DNA from: Trypanosoma brucei
Taxonomy: Eukaryota
NCBI GenBank assembly: GCA_000002445.1
Contig: CP000068.1
Span: forward strand, 1,544,199 to 1,608,198
Direction: 5' to 3'
Length of the DNA stretch: 64,000 nt
Part shown: piece after piece, positions 50,215 through 62,929 of the stretch
Layout of the letters: every line of letters begins with the position of its first letter
How positions within the stretch are numbered: position 1 is the stretch's first letter
Notes under the pieces: model-generated
Seen by the model: the letters and a program-made list of their open reading frames with translations, nothing else
Told to the model about the DNA's origin: nothing
The model's database searches: none
Position numbers and translations under genes: made by a program

Positions 50215-51742
50215 TAGTAGCAATCATATTCAATTTCGTATGGACGAAAAAACTGAAATCTTTTCACTTTTCTTCTATCAATCTGCAATTAGCTTTTGCC
50301 TCTGGTGCCAATCCCTCATTTTCTTTTTCACAGTTTGCTTTGTCTTTGTGTCTTGTGCACCTATCTGAGGCAGTTGATGTCTCTTCAATTTGAGCTTGTG
50401 CTACAGGGACACCGCTTTTTGAGACTTTTGTTTCATTATATACACATCTTTTACCCTCATCTTTTGTTTGATCATAAGTACAGAAATCCTTTTAATCACA
50501 ATCATGTTGGCTAGCGTGGTGTTTGTTGCATTCTTTTTGTTTTTCTCCTGTTGCCTTCACATCCTCGCCCGATTTTATAGTTGCAAATTCATTTGCGAGT
50601 TTGTCTTTAGTGTGCGTGACTGCTAAGGTGACTCGCAGAAGCAGATTTGTTAATGTTGGTACTCCAGTGATGTCGCCGAGTTTTGTGTCTTCTGTCACTC
50701 CTAGGTTGCCCTTCTTTAGTGGGTACTTTTCGACGTTTTCGATGAATTTCTCTATTGTTTTTCTTCTCTATTTGGCAAATAGCCTTAGCGTGTTTGTTTG
50801 TGGTGTTTGTTGTCCGCTGTTTTTCGGTTCTGATTTAATTGCCGTTACGACTTGCTCGAGGTTTGCTGCTGCTGTGTTGTCGTCTGTTTTGATGTCGTGT
50901 TGAGAAGTATCAAGCTTGTCGAGGGCGTCCATGGTCATGAAGGCATCCTTCCATATCTTGTGCTTCTGGTCGGTCGCTGTTTTGAGGGTGGCTATGTGCG
51001 TCCCGGTCTGCTGGGCATCAGCCTTTGCTGCCTCGAAGAGGCCGCCCCCGTAGGTTACGGAGGTTGCTGTTTGTGGCTCGCCTCCGCCGAAACCGTCGGC
51101 GTTGACATTGGGTAAGTTGCAGTTTTTGCTATTAGTTTGTTTTGTTGACCCCTTCGCTGTGGGTATTGGTTCTGTTCCTAGTCCAGTTGCGGTGAGTATT
51201 CCAGGTTTAAAATAGCCTTCTTGCGTCTTCTTGCGTTCTAAGCCGCATACAACACTTGCTATTGCCTCACCAGTCTTGATCGCTGGGCTCCCGGCGTCGC
51301 CGTTGCCTGTTTGCAGACATCCGTGAGAGGCGCCTTTGGTCTGCAACATCAGTTCGAGCAGCTCGTCGACTCGACCTTTGGCGTAGTAGTTGGCAGCTGC
51401 GGCTTCGATGGCCTGGCCGGCTGCTGCTGTCTCTGATTTTTCTTGCAATCACAGTGCGAGAGCTGCTGCTTTTGTCCTTTCCGCTTCGCTTGTCGTTAGT
51501 AACGCGAAAAGTTGCAGCCGTAGCGCGGCCTCGGAATTTTTTTTCCTGAGGCTGTTTATGTCTGCCAGTCTGGCGCGGCTGTTGCCTTCGATTTTGTTGA
51601 TGTCCTCACTTAGCCAGCAGTAACCGCTCCAAGCAGATTAGTCCAGCGCGTTGGTTGCTGCCGCTGCCGCTTTTTCCCCTGTTGTTGCTACAGCCGCTAC
51701 TGCTAGGGGCAGTGTTGCCAATGGCCGTAAATTTTCTGACAT
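50215..51742 (-). pseudogene. VSG: VSG pseudogene with multiple frameshifts and in-frame stops
   Basis: The signal peptide MSENLRPLATLPLAVAAVATTGEKAAAAATNALD* starts at ~51742. ORF 50768..51448 is the N-terminal domain and ORF 50492..50698 a CTD piece. GPI-tail coding lies at ~50225-50260. Confidence 0.65.
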
Positions 51743-53319
51743 TTTTCATACGCAGGGAACGTTACCGGCTGGTGTCGATTTTCCTTTCTGAAATTGTAAG
51801 TTTTTTTATTCGGCAGAATGAATTCCTGGAAATCTCCGCCGGTTATATATTCTACAAATTGAGATTTATGCAAAAGTAGTTGCGTTCCCCATTAGACCCA
51901 GTCCTATGTAAAACCATTTTTTTAGAGCTTGTCTCGGCTACATCTTTGCGCACAATCGTTGTTTAACTTCGAAAATCAACGAAATACAACCCATTGACTT
52001 GTCTGTCTCCACGTCAAAGTTTCGTATCTGGATTTTCAGCTTCATTCCCTCTGAAAAGTGAACCAAACTTGATTTTGTCGGCTCTTGTACGGTAAGTTTG
52101 CCGTTCTGCTGAAGTTATGAGTTCTTTACAAGTATATATCTGTTAATTACTCATAATAATACTTGTGTAGGGCTGCTGAACTATTTTTTGAAGAACGATG
52201 TTTCACCTGCTATTTTCAGTGCTGCTTGCCATCTTGTCGTCAGTTTGTAGGTTCTTATGGCTGGGTCTAGTTGTCACATTAGTCTTGCAGCTTGATGGTT
52301 GTGCTGCGTGTCGCCTTTTGCACCATGTTTTCTACTTGATTTATTTCTGGTTTAGTAGATTAAATTATTTTAAAACATCGGGTAGTCTACAAATGAAATC
52401 TATATTATTCAGTAAGCTCCATTTATTTTGCCTATGTGCCGTTAAATTAAACTCAAAAATGCTGAAATCTCTTAACCTACGAAATATGTATTGTATATGG
52501 CTTCTTTTCACTGCTTTCTGACTGCTACGGAGTATTCACAAGGGTTATTTTCCGTTATTTCATTTCCACACTAATAAATATATCATTTAGTGTATGTTTA
52601 CACACTTTTACACGTTTAATTCTAAAAATAAACTAAAATCTTGCTGATGTCTAATAAATAATTGTAACTTCAAGAGTGCATATACCACTAACACTTACTT
52701 TCTCCGCACTATTATGTGATAAAATAACACACTATTATTACTATTTTTTGATTTTTTTCTTGCTTTTGACCTTTCTAACTTCCGTGCTCTTTTTGTTTGT
52801 TTTAGAACGATTTATTGCAATAATAACCCTTTTGATTTGGTTTTGACTTTTCGTATGAGTTGACTACACATCAAGAAAACTCATATATGAATTGCAAGGT
52901 TTTAGAATACAGATAACTTATCACCAATATACAAGTATAAAATTTATGTGGTGTCGCTACGAAGTCTGTCTGCTTCATAGAGATTTTTTGATTGTTGATA
53001 TATGAGCTTTATTATTTTTGCCTCACCGGTGCTCCCTTCCATTGTTCTCAGAAGTATCGCCTATTTGCTTGAGAAAACAAATGTAGTAGCTTTATTTCTT
53101 TGTACAGTGCTGTGCATCTCATCCTCATAGCCGGCACCGTATTCTACCATGCTTCTTCCTATTTTATTTCTGCAATTGACAGTGCTTGTATCCTTCGACC
53201 CTCCAGTATTTTCTTTAATACTAATATTTCTCTTCACTTACTCTCAATTCTTTCTCACCTACTTATTGTAGTTAAACCCAGCCACTGTTTTAAATTCTTT
53301 CATATTGGTCATCTGTTTA

Positions 53320-53470
53320 GTATTTACTACTACCACTATTATTATATTACTGTGTATCCACTCACAACACTCTACTATTATTATCATAACTATTATCATT
53401 ATCATTATTACTGCTCTTATCATAATATTCGTATATACACACTCACAACATTCTCCTATTATTATCAACA
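53320..53470 (-). repeat. 70-bp repeats (~2-3 units)
   Basis: ctgtgtatccactcacaacactctactattattatcat...attcgtatatacacactcacaacattctcc. Confidence 0.85.
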
Positions 53471-53759
53471 TCATAACACAACATATAATCATAAAATAAA
53501 TAAAATAATAATAATTAGAATAGCACTCATTTTCCATACCCTACCACCCTATTTCTTTATACCCAGAGGACACAGTCATACATATTTTATAAAGATTTTC
53601 ATATTTTTCATATTTTTCATATTCTTTACTTTTTTTTTCAATTTTCATCAGAAAGAGGTAAAGCTTCTAAAATTTTATAAAAAATATAAATTTACCAATT
53701 TTTAAAAATTTAGTAAATTTGATAAAATGGGGAAATAATCTTTGGAGAGAACCAAAATG

Positions 53760-55280
53760 ATAGCAAATTCATAATGTGGTGACAATCAGAGACATTTCAT
53801 ATTTACATGTAAACTGGAATCCTTGCCATCTTTTCTATCCCATTTGCAACCATCTTTGCATTCCTCTTCTTTTTGTTATCGGAGCACTTTTTGCCTTCTG
53901 CATTTGTTCCTGCAGCTCCTGTTCCTGCTTGGGTTGTCTGCTCTTCTCCATCTTTGGGTTTGCAGTGGGCAACTTTATCCTCTGTAGTGATATCCCATTT
54001 GCAGTTATTGTCCACTGTGCAGGTGGTGTTTGTTTTGTGTTGGGTACAATCTTTGCCGTCTTTTGTTTGTGGTTGCGCAGCCGTATTGATTTGCTTGTCG
54101 TGATCCTGTTTTTGGGCGAGGGCTGCATACACTACAGCCTGTGCCGCTGATCCCTTTCTTTTTATTTATTCGTTGACTCTTTCGAGTTCTTTGACTGCAT
54201 CCTCGTGGCATCGCAGATTGTCTTCTAGCGTACTAAGCGTTTTGAGCCAGCCGACGGCTTCGAGTGGGGACATCGCTGCAGCCGCCAGGGCAGTATACTT
54301 GACGCATATTCCGGCATTGTTGCTGCCTGTACATTGCCCGGTTGTGTGGGCACCTATGTATCCCGCGGCGCTGTCGTATTTGAATTTTGCGGCGATGGCT
54401 TGTATTCTGTGCTTGAGGTCGGTACTTGTGACTGAGTGTTGCCTTTTGCGGTTGTACATGTTGGCTATTTCTTTTTGTAGTGCTGCGGCGGGGTTGCTGT
54501 TGGCGCCGCTCCAGTCCTCGTTTGGTGCCGTCCCTGTGCAGGCCGCCGCTGTGTTGGCTGCGTTGGTTGAGTCTTTGGCGCAGAGGCAGACTAAGACGGC
54601 TAGTATAGTTTTGGCTTTGCCGCCTGATTCGTCGCCTACACAAGCGGCCTGTCTGCTCCCCCCATAGATGAAGTAAAAAGGTTTGTTACCATTGATCCGT
54701 CGGCCGGCTCTTCATTTGCGCCATATATAGCCTGGTTAAATTGCTTTTGCATGTCCGCCTCGTTCATTATTTTTTGCTGCAACCCTTCGTCTTTTGCTTT
54801 AGAGATTAGGTGCTGCGCCTCCTCCGCTATTGGCTCTAGGGCTAGGCGCAAGGTGGCCCTCTGTTTCTCGCTTAACATGTTAATTTTGTGTTTTTTCTCC
54901 AGGGTTGTTCTTGCATCTTGCTTGAGCAGTTTGCCTGCTTGTTTCTTCCACGCTTTCCACTTTCCTTCCCAGTCTGTGCCCTTCGGCAACTTCGCCGCGT
55001 GATAATCACGGGTGTCGTCTTTTCCTTGTTCTTTCCGGAACAATTCTATCCAGGCCTGTTCGGAGGCTGTCATGTTTAACTCTATTATTGAGTCCGCTGT
55101 CGGTGAGAGCGGCGGTTTCGTGGTGGTGAGCTTGGCCCTTGTTCCCCCTAGCTCAACTATCGTGCACAACGCCTCCCGCACTTGTACGTTGGCATCGTCT
55201 TGGAGCGCTGCCTTTGCTACGCTGCAGTATGCTGCTGCTGCTGCTGAAAGAAGTAAAATAAAGTTTAGTTTGTCTTTCAT
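53760..55280 (-). pseudogene. VSG: VSG pseudogene in three frames (CTD 53803..54132, mid 54166..54459, N-terminal 54636..55280)
   Basis: N-terminal MKDKLNFILLLSAAAAAYCSVAKA..ELNMTASEQAW. CTD CTVDNNCKWDITTEDKVAHCKPKDG. The tail is KMARIPVYM*. Confidence 0.65.
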
Positions 55281-55699
55281 GTGCGCTTTCTACGTTTTTT
55301 TCAGTCAAAAGACAGGAGCTGAATAAATGCTTTTGAGTTGACTGATGAGATGTCCAAGGCGTCAGTTAGAGAATACCAAGAGGATTTTAAGTGATAATTG
55401 AGATGCATACACAAAACGTCTTCTTCCAAATGCTGGTTTGACTTTGATGGCTTTACTGCGAGTGCTGAACTCATTAACTTTGTCACTGCTTAAGCATCTC
55501 TTTTTTGCTCCTGTGTTTAGGCACTATCGTGATATGCCACATAGTAATTACTCATATCTTCTTGCTTCGCTGAAGGACTAAAATTTACATTGAAAATTTC
55601 TACACGGTAATGTTGGGGTTTGTGGTTCGTTTTGTGTGGTGCCACTCCCGTTTGCTATCTCCAGCCTGCGGTGATGGTGTACGGTCCGAGGATCTTCAC

Positions 55700-56560
55700 A
55701 GCATTACAATTTGTTAGCATTAAACAAAAACCCTTTTCAAACGCATTATCATATAAATACTTATATTCAGCATGTAAGTTTTCTTCACTTATCACATAAG
55801 TTTCAATATTCCACAAATCTCTCGTATTAAATTTCCTCCTTTCAACTATTTACATTATGTAAGATTTCTTACCATTAACTTTGCTTTCTCCTCCAAAGAA
55901 ACTTGTTGGCAATGAAAATGAATGAATGTTGCCGCTCCTATATCACACTATTGGGAATAGAAGAAAATCTCTCCTCATAATCCAATTCAATCATTCCTCT
56001 CTTCAAAACAAATATCTGTCCAACAGCTTCTTCCTGAATTGCACTCCAAGTTAGCAACATTTTTTACACACTCTGCTTTAAAACATGTTTCTCACTTCCC
56101 TTTAGTAACTCTCCAAATAAATATTCAAGCTTTTTAAATGCCCATACTCTGGCTATCAAACCGCCACCACTAAGATAAGGTTTTCCACTAGGAGGTGATT
56201 TCATTAAACGCGGTAACTTCTCATCCTCCTCTTTTCTGTAGGCCACATTAAAAAACCAAAAACATCTCTGCACATGTTCTTTATGAATACCCTCTTCGCT
56301 AACGTTTCCTCATTTTTAGCAGTATTTTGTATAAAATACTCCGCTGTATTCTCATACTTCTCTTTCTCACAAACAATAACATCAGACCCGTCTGAATGAA
56401 TTACAATATCCTCATCACTTGCATTCTGTCTTTCCAAAAAAGTCTATTACCCATCTAGGTCTCTCAACATGGCTGTCCAAACCCCCCACTTCAATTGTAA
56501 TAATTTAAACCTTGCTTAATTTGGAAATCAATATTAACCTACATCATCCTTGAGTTGCAT
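55700..56560 (-). pseudogene. ESAG-like / glycosyltransferase-like pseudogene, the third member of the family
   Basis: Sequence blocks are shared with 25036-26001 (for example, tcctcataatccaat(c/t)caatcattcctctcttcaaaacaaat). ORFs 56064..56273 and 56204..56437 lie in different frames. Confidence 0.35.
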
Positions 56561-57559
56561 GAGTATGAACTACAACACTCTTGGTTTCTCAGAATAATTA
56601 TTTGTTATATTTGTTGTTGTATCCTCTTGAACAGATGCTGAGCTTAGTCATATTAAATGTAATAGCAATGCTAATAGCAAAATCGTTATGACACCAAATT
56701 TCATTCCCTGATCTGCATTTAAAAGTTAAGAGGGTTATTAAAAAGGCTTTATAAAAGAAATGAGTTTCTGCACTAAAATGTTTATTTAGTGAAACTGTGT
56801 TTACATAAGTTATGCCTTGATATTGTTATGATATAGGTGTTGAATGGCGAATGCTCATTGTCCGGGACTTATATTTCAATTGAAATTAATACTTTTCTTT
56901 TGCAAATTAGCTTTAGGAAGAAGAGTTACCGAAAAATTCTAGATGAATTCTACTGTTGTTTAGCATTCCTCACATTTACCCTTTATGCACTGTTACGGGG
57001 ATTGTAGCAGCCAGTTGTACTGATTATTTCATTTATATTAGGACGTTAACGATGTTTTTGTGATAACTACGCCAACATCTGGCTCCGTCATAGGAATCCT
57101 TTTCGCTTATATTTATGAATCACAGCTAATATTGATACTAGAACCATATCTTTAATATTAAATATTCATTTCTGTGTGAAATGTAAATAATTAACATCCC
57201 TTGTATCATTTTCTGCTGCGACTCTTTGTGGCGTTGCGCATTCTATTATCTTACTATGCATTATTGTACCTTTTTTGTGTTATGTCGCTTTTTCAGTGGC
57301 AGATGTAGCGACTCCATTTGGTCTATATGCTGGACTTTACCTCTACCTTATTATCTCCTACATCATCTACATAGTTATGATGGCCATGGGCATGTTAGTG
57401 TTTGCAGCTGCTAATTTTCCATTTTCCTTCTCCTCACTTTTTTGCGTTTCCTTTAATAACATTCTTTGTTCACTCTCGCTCTCTTACTCAATTAGTGCAA
57501 TTACATACTTTCCGTTCTTTTAATAGGCTATACCTTGTCCGGGTAATTCGTTTTCTCTA

Positions 57560-57690
57560 CACTCTTATTATAATTTTAGTATATGCACACTCACAACACT
57601 CTTCTATCATTATTATTATTAACACTTTTACGCTAATATTAGCAAATACACTCACAACACAATTTTTTCATTATTATTTTTTTGTTACAC
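57560..57690 (-). repeat. 70-bp repeats (~2 units, one degenerate)
   Basis: agtatatgcacactcacaacactcttctatcattattattatt ... aaatacactcacaacacaa. Confidence 0.8.
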
Positions 57691-57853
57691 TCACTAATAT
57701 CCACAGAAAACTAAATACACAAATTAGAATAGCAGTTAATTTTCATACCCTATCATCCCACTGCTTCTTTGCATACATAGGCAACTCTCATACCAAGTTT
57801 TCAGATTTTTGACTTTTTTGAAATTTGTACACTTTGCAGAGATTTGACAAAAA

Positions 57854-57868
57854 GTGTAAAATGTATCA
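57854..57868 (-). promoter_or_regulatory. VSG 3'UTR 16-mer variant (gtgtaaaatgtatca)
   Basis: Position 3' of the VSG fragment at 57990. Confidence 0.45.
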
Positions 57869-57989
57869 AATGTTTCTCCGATTAAATAGAAATTTCATAA
57901 ATTTTCACAAAGTTGAGAAAAATCATTAAAATTATTAAAATTATAAAATTCTAGCAGGCTCACAAACACAGCAGCAATTAGACACATTT

Positions 57990-58500
57990 GTTTTTTTACA
58001 AGAAAACCGAGTCTTTCATTTATTGTCTTCCCATTTTCAACCATATTTGCACTGACCTTGGTTTGTCCCTGCTGAAAAAGAAGCTTTGATTGCTACTTCT
58101 GCCCCGTTTGACCTTCGCTGCCACGCATTTGTCATTTTTGAATTTGAACCAATCATCTGTTTTGCATTTATCTTTTTCTGTTATTGTTTTGCATTTGTCG
58201 CCAAAGTCTTTTGTTCCAGTGTGCATGGCTACTGCTTCCTGTGCATGTATTTTTTCAGAAACGTTCTTTCCACGGCAGTAACAGAGCACAGTTATGCCTT
58301 TTATAGTTCCGCAAATATCGAGCGGTGTTTCATCAATTCTCACCTTGTTTATTGTGAGTTTAATCTTGGTTTCCTCTATTGCGTTTGTTATTGTCGTTTT
58401 CAATTCGCTCGGACTGCTCCCGAAATACTTGTTAACAACTGCCTTTTTGATGTTTGCATCAGCTGGAGGTTAGCTCCCCGATTGTATCAGTTGCTTTAGG
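57990..58500 (-). pseudogene. VSG: VSG C-terminal fragment (CTD plus frameshifted GPI signal), truncated at its 5' side where the ingi fragment begins
   Basis: ORF 58020..58403 has Cys-rich CTD motifs (CYCRGKNVSEKIHAQEAVAMHTGTKDFGDKCKTITEKDKCKTDDW). An alternate frame gives LGFLVKKQMCLIAAVFV. Confidence 0.55.
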
Positions 58501-58890
58501 GCACTTATTAGCTAGTTGTTTGTCTCCAGGTTGCTCATGGCTTCCCTGTGAGGGCCACGTACTGTGGAATTTCTGTTTTTCTTAAATTGCAAAGTAAGTG
58601 GTCGAGAGGAAACGCAAGATGGACTTCAGACTACTGCAGATAACAGCCATCTCAGCTTCTACATGGGGGCCAAGACGACAATACTGAGAGCTTTTTATCT
58701 AGCACTCGTACAGGCACACACCATGTATGGCATTGAGGTATGGTACTGGGACGCTTAGGAACGAAGTCGCGACCTCCTTGCATCAGCACAACACAAAGCC
58801 AGTCGCATCATAGCTGGTATACTGCATGGGACACGCAAAGAGGTCTCTCTGCTGGAAGCAAACCTCCTGCCACTCAAGACGGCCACTCTT

Positions 58891-59829
58891 GTGCGCAGCA
58901 TGAAATTCATGCTGATGTGTGAGTCACGAGGCGGATGTTTGCGGCGCAGTGCTGAGGAAGTATACCACAGCAAACACCCAGTCAGAGCCCTACATTCCCG
59001 CATCATGCGGTCCTACCCCCACCTCCGCATTGAGCCACGCGAGCACCCACTAGAGACATCGACGCTCCGCCACAGCTGCCGACCTCTATTTCACACGCAG
59101 ATAAAGCCTGTGTGCGCTGATGACCCTGACGATGTCAAAAGGGAGGCTCATGAAAAGTGGATTGCACGGCATTTTGCACGGAGGGGGAAGGAGCCACCGC
59201 GACGAGAGCACTACGAATTGTGGACTGATGGATCCGTGTCCCTCGGTGAGAAGTCCGGAGCAGCTGCCCTGCTCTATAGAAACAACACGCTGATTCGTGC
59301 ACCAGAGACCGGAGCAGGGGAACTCTCATGCAGTTACAGAGCGGAATGCGTAGCATTAAAAATAGGACTGCAACGGCTGCTGAAATGGCTCCTGGCATAC
59401 AGAAGCACACCGAGCAGGTTGTCTATCTTCTCTGACTCGCTGTCAATGTTAACAGCACTGCAGACAGGCCCCCTAGCCGTAACGGACCCAATTCTAAGAC
59501 GACTATGGAGGCTTCTGCTTCAAGTTCAGAGAAGGAAGGTGCGTATCCGACTGCAATTTGTGTTTGGCCATTGTGGCGTGAAACGGAATGAGGTTTGCGA
59601 TGACATGGCCAAAAAGGCCACTGATTTACCACAGTTGCGAGACACATGGATCCCCGACATCATTGCTTATGCGAAGCGAGTGCTTAGGTCGGAAGAAGTC
59701 TATGAAAACACTCATAGGTTTGGTATCGCGGGCAACCACTTTCCAACAAAACATAAAGAAGAACTGACGAGGGAAGAAGAAACGGCACTGGCACGCTTTC
59801 GGGTTGGGTCTTCAAGGCACTATGGATAG
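58891..59829 (+). CDS. ingi ORF segment with the RNase H domain
   Basis: The ORF terminates in an in-frame TAG at 59827-59829, directly followed in the same frame by the zinc-finger ORF. Confidence 0.65.
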   Translation: MRSMKFMLMCESRGGCLRRSAEEVYHSKHPVRALHSRIMRSYPHLRIEPREHPLETSTLRHSCRPLFHTQIKPVCADDPDDVKREAHEKWIARHFARRGKEPPRREHYELWTDGSVSLGEKSGAAALLYRNNTLIRAPETGAGELSCSYRAECVALKIGLQRLLKWLLAYRSTPSRLSIFSDSLSMLTALQTGPLAVTDPILRRLWRLLLQVQRRKVRIRLQFVFGHCGVKRNEVCDDMAKKATDLPQLRDTWIPDIIAYAKRVLRSEEVYENTHRFGIAGNHFPTKHKEELTREEETALARFRVGSSRHYG

Positions 59830-61140
59830 ATGTTGCGAAAGATCAACCCGAGTGTGCCTCCACAGTGCCGATGGTGTAACCCGCAACATGCAGCGATAGG
59901 GCCAACAATACAAGTACAAGCAGCCCCAACTGTTGCGACACGCACTCTTCAGAGGACCTCCGAACCGACCAAATGTACGGAATGTGATGACACATACCAG
60001 TGCCGCTCGAGTGCTGTAACGCACATGGTAAACAAACATGGCTTTGTGCGAGCTGATGCCCTCCGGAGGATCAAATACGGCGATGCAACACCTGCAGTGG
60101 ATATCCCCCCGGAGCCCCCTCCAGTGGCGGCGATCGTTCCTCTACCATCGAGCACACGAGTCCATATGAGACCGCAGGTGCTTTACTGTATCCTCTGTGC
60201 TTTCAAATTCGCAGTGCCAGGCCGACTATTACACCACCTTAGAACAATACATGGCATAAGCAGCGGTAGTTGCCGCGTGAAAAGGGGGCGAGAAAACGAG
60301 GACTCATTGCAAGGAGATGGTAGCGTCCCAGCAGCGCCAGCCCCTCAGGATACACGGAAGCTGCCGTTTCAATGTGACCTGTGCGTGGTGAGCTTCGGTA
60401 CACGTTCTTCCCTGTCACTACACAAGAAATTCAAACATAAGAGCATAGTGACGGAGGACGGTACCGTGGTGGTGGTGCAATTCCCTCGTAAGCGTGCCCG
60501 TGAGGGAAACGTTGACGTCCCGGGGAAGGGAGAGGTGCAGTGTGGTGTGTGCCAAAAAGTGCTCAGTTGCAGGGACTCCCTCATCCGACACTGTAAGGCT
60601 TTCCACAAAGGTGAGGGAGTCGAGCTTAAATGCAGCAAAAGCACAAAATTGTGTGCCACTGATTCCCCGCATACAAACACATCCATGTTGGTGTGCCCGA
60701 CATGCGGAAGGCAGTGTGCTAGCAAAACTGGCCTCACCATACATCAAAAGAAGATGCGCGGTATGAAGGTAGAGCACGCTGCTACCAGCCAACGCGGCCA
60801 CTGCGAAGAAACGTCGCTGCACTTGATGAGCTGTCCCGGTTTGAAGGATTTACGTGTCAGGTTTGCGGTAGAAGGTGAGTGTGTGTGTGTGCAGGATGTA
60901 TGTTTTTCTAAGAGGCTGGCGCAGTTTCTCATTGCGGCTGAACGGAGCCGGCTGCAGGTGAAGTCTTCACCTAATGTAACAGTCATACAACCCACTCTCC
61001 CTTCTACAACTTCCCCCCTTATTGCCGAGTGTGGAGCTAGCAGGAAAAGCACCGGACGCAGGAATAGTCCAGACACCCTCAGAGACAGAGGGGGTATGCA
61101 ATCAACAAGCAACAGAAACAGAAAGAGGGAGAGAGAATAA
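59830..61140 (+). CDS. ingi ORF C-terminal segment with C2H2 zinc fingers (L1Tc/ingi-type nucleic-acid chaperone region)
   Basis: CTECDDTYQCRSSAVTHMVNKHG; LYCILCAFKFAVPGRLLHHLRTIHG; FQCDLCVVSFGTRSSLSLHKKFKHK; CGVCQKVLSCRDSLIRHCKAFHKG; CPTCGRQCASKTGLTIHQKKMRG. Confidence 0.65.
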   Translation: MLRKINPSVPPQCRWCNPQHAAIGPTIQVQAAPTVATRTLQRTSEPTKCTECDDTYQCRSSAVTHMVNKHGFVRADALRRIKYGDATPAVDIPPEPPPVAAIVPLPSSTRVHMRPQVLYCILCAFKFAVPGRLLHHLRTIHGISSGSCRVKRGRENEDSLQGDGSVPAAPAPQDTRKLPFQCDLCVVSFGTRSSLSLHKKFKHKSIVTEDGTVVVVQFPRKRAREGNVDVPGKGEVQCGVCQKVLSCRDSLIRHCKAFHKGEGVELKCSKSTKLCATDSPHTNTSMLVCPTCGRQCASKTGLTIHQKKMRGMKVEHAATSQRGHCEETSLHLMSCPGLKDLRVRFAVEGECVCVQDVCFSKRLAQFLIAAERSRLQVKSSPNVTVIQPTLPSTTSPLIAECGASRKSTGRRNSPDTLRDRGGMQSTSNRNRKRERE

Positions 61141-62199
61141 TAAACGAATAACAAAAATCAAAACAAAAGGATTGCTAATTGACATCTTTGGGAGAGTCTG
61201 GGGTGTGGGGACTTCTCGCCCCATCTGCTGTATTCCGTTCAAATGCGGAGCTACAACAAAAAATTATAGAGGGTGTGTTAGGCTTAATAAAAAAACGGAG
61301 ACTCTGCCACAGTCGCCAGACCGATAGCATCTCAGGGCTCTACGGTGATGGCTGATGGCCGCGCCAGTGGGGGGAAACGCTCACCAAGGCACGAAGAAAA
61401 TTCCAAAAAAAAAATAGAGTTGAATTAACTACTGTTGCGATTCTATCCATGGAAGTGGCTTCTCATGGTTGCTTTGGTAGAGACAGTTTGAAAAATTGAA
61501 TCACTACATTTTTGTTTCTTTTTCTTTACTCTTTGATCTCGAAACTGTCATTTGATTCCCCTTATTGGGCGCATGGCTTTGCTCGGCTATCATCGCTATT
61601 GTTACGCAAATAACGTTTGGCCTCAGCCGCCAGTTTGAATGCCTTTTGATCTTTTTTTAACTTACACTTATTTACGGTTTGGATTATAATCGCAGAAATA
61701 TAATCAAAACTACCTACCCTTCCCCCACATTTCTTATCGGTGTCTATCGCTACTTCCATAGAATAGACTTTAATACTCTATAAGTCGATTCTATTTGAAG
61801 TTATAGGTTATTAACGGTTGCTGTATTCGCATTAAAACTTCAGCTAAGTCATCTACAGTGTTCATCCTGTGCGAAATATGTAGAGCAATCTCTTCCTCCT
61901 TTTGTATTATATCACAATATACTTTGTAGTCTAGACTATTCTATGGTTGTATTCTGTTATTTTCGTTATTAAACATATTGAGTGGCTTCTGTGGATTAAA
62001 TGCCGACCCGTAGGCTTGTCCACTGGGCACTGTATTTCTTCATTATCGCCCTCTTCAACATTTTCTTGTGTATAATTGTACACATCGTCATGTGTTTGAA
62101 GTTGCACATATTACATCTCCAACTATCTCCAGCATTTACTCCAACCCCACACTTTAAATTGCTTTAACTACTTCTATTTTGATTACCTATTTAGGTCTC

Positions 62200-62640
<441 letters not shown>

Positions 62641-62803
62641 ATTAACAAAATATACAAATTATAAAATTTTTAAAAAGTCACTCCCTTTTCATTCCCTGAA
62701 ACTTTACGTCTTTACGCTCATAGGGCAATGTCACAAATTTGTAACCAACCTTTTCACATTTTTTAGTTTTAAACAGCTCGATTTTAATATTTCTTTCAAA
62801 ATG

Positions 62804-62819
62804 TGTTACAATATAACAA
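62804..62819 (-). promoter_or_regulatory. VSG 3'UTR 16-mer variant (gtgttacaatataaca)
   Basis: Position 3' of the VSG tail at ~62930. Confidence 0.4.
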
Positions 62820-62929
62820 AGTTTGCTAATTTCATAAGGTTTCATATAATTGAGTAAATATCCTTAAATTCCTTAGAATGCTAGAATGCTAAGGAATCAC
62901 AAGAAAAGCAGCACCCATACTCAGAGTCA

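Larger units (their letters stand above)
58510..61415 (+). mobile_element. ingi: 5'-truncated ingi-type non-LTR retrotransposon: RT C-terminus (frameshifted), RNase H, C2H2 zinc-finger tail, RIME-homologous 3' end and an A-run
   Basis: ORF 58891..59829 carries an RNase H motif region (WTDGSVSLGEKSGAAAL...CSYRAECVALKIGL...FVFGHCGVKRNEVCDDMAKKA). ORF 59830..61140 carries five C2H2-like fingers. 61180-61410 is near-identical to the RIME 3' end at 20730-20960, and the element ends in a10 at 61406-61415. Confidence 0.75.
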
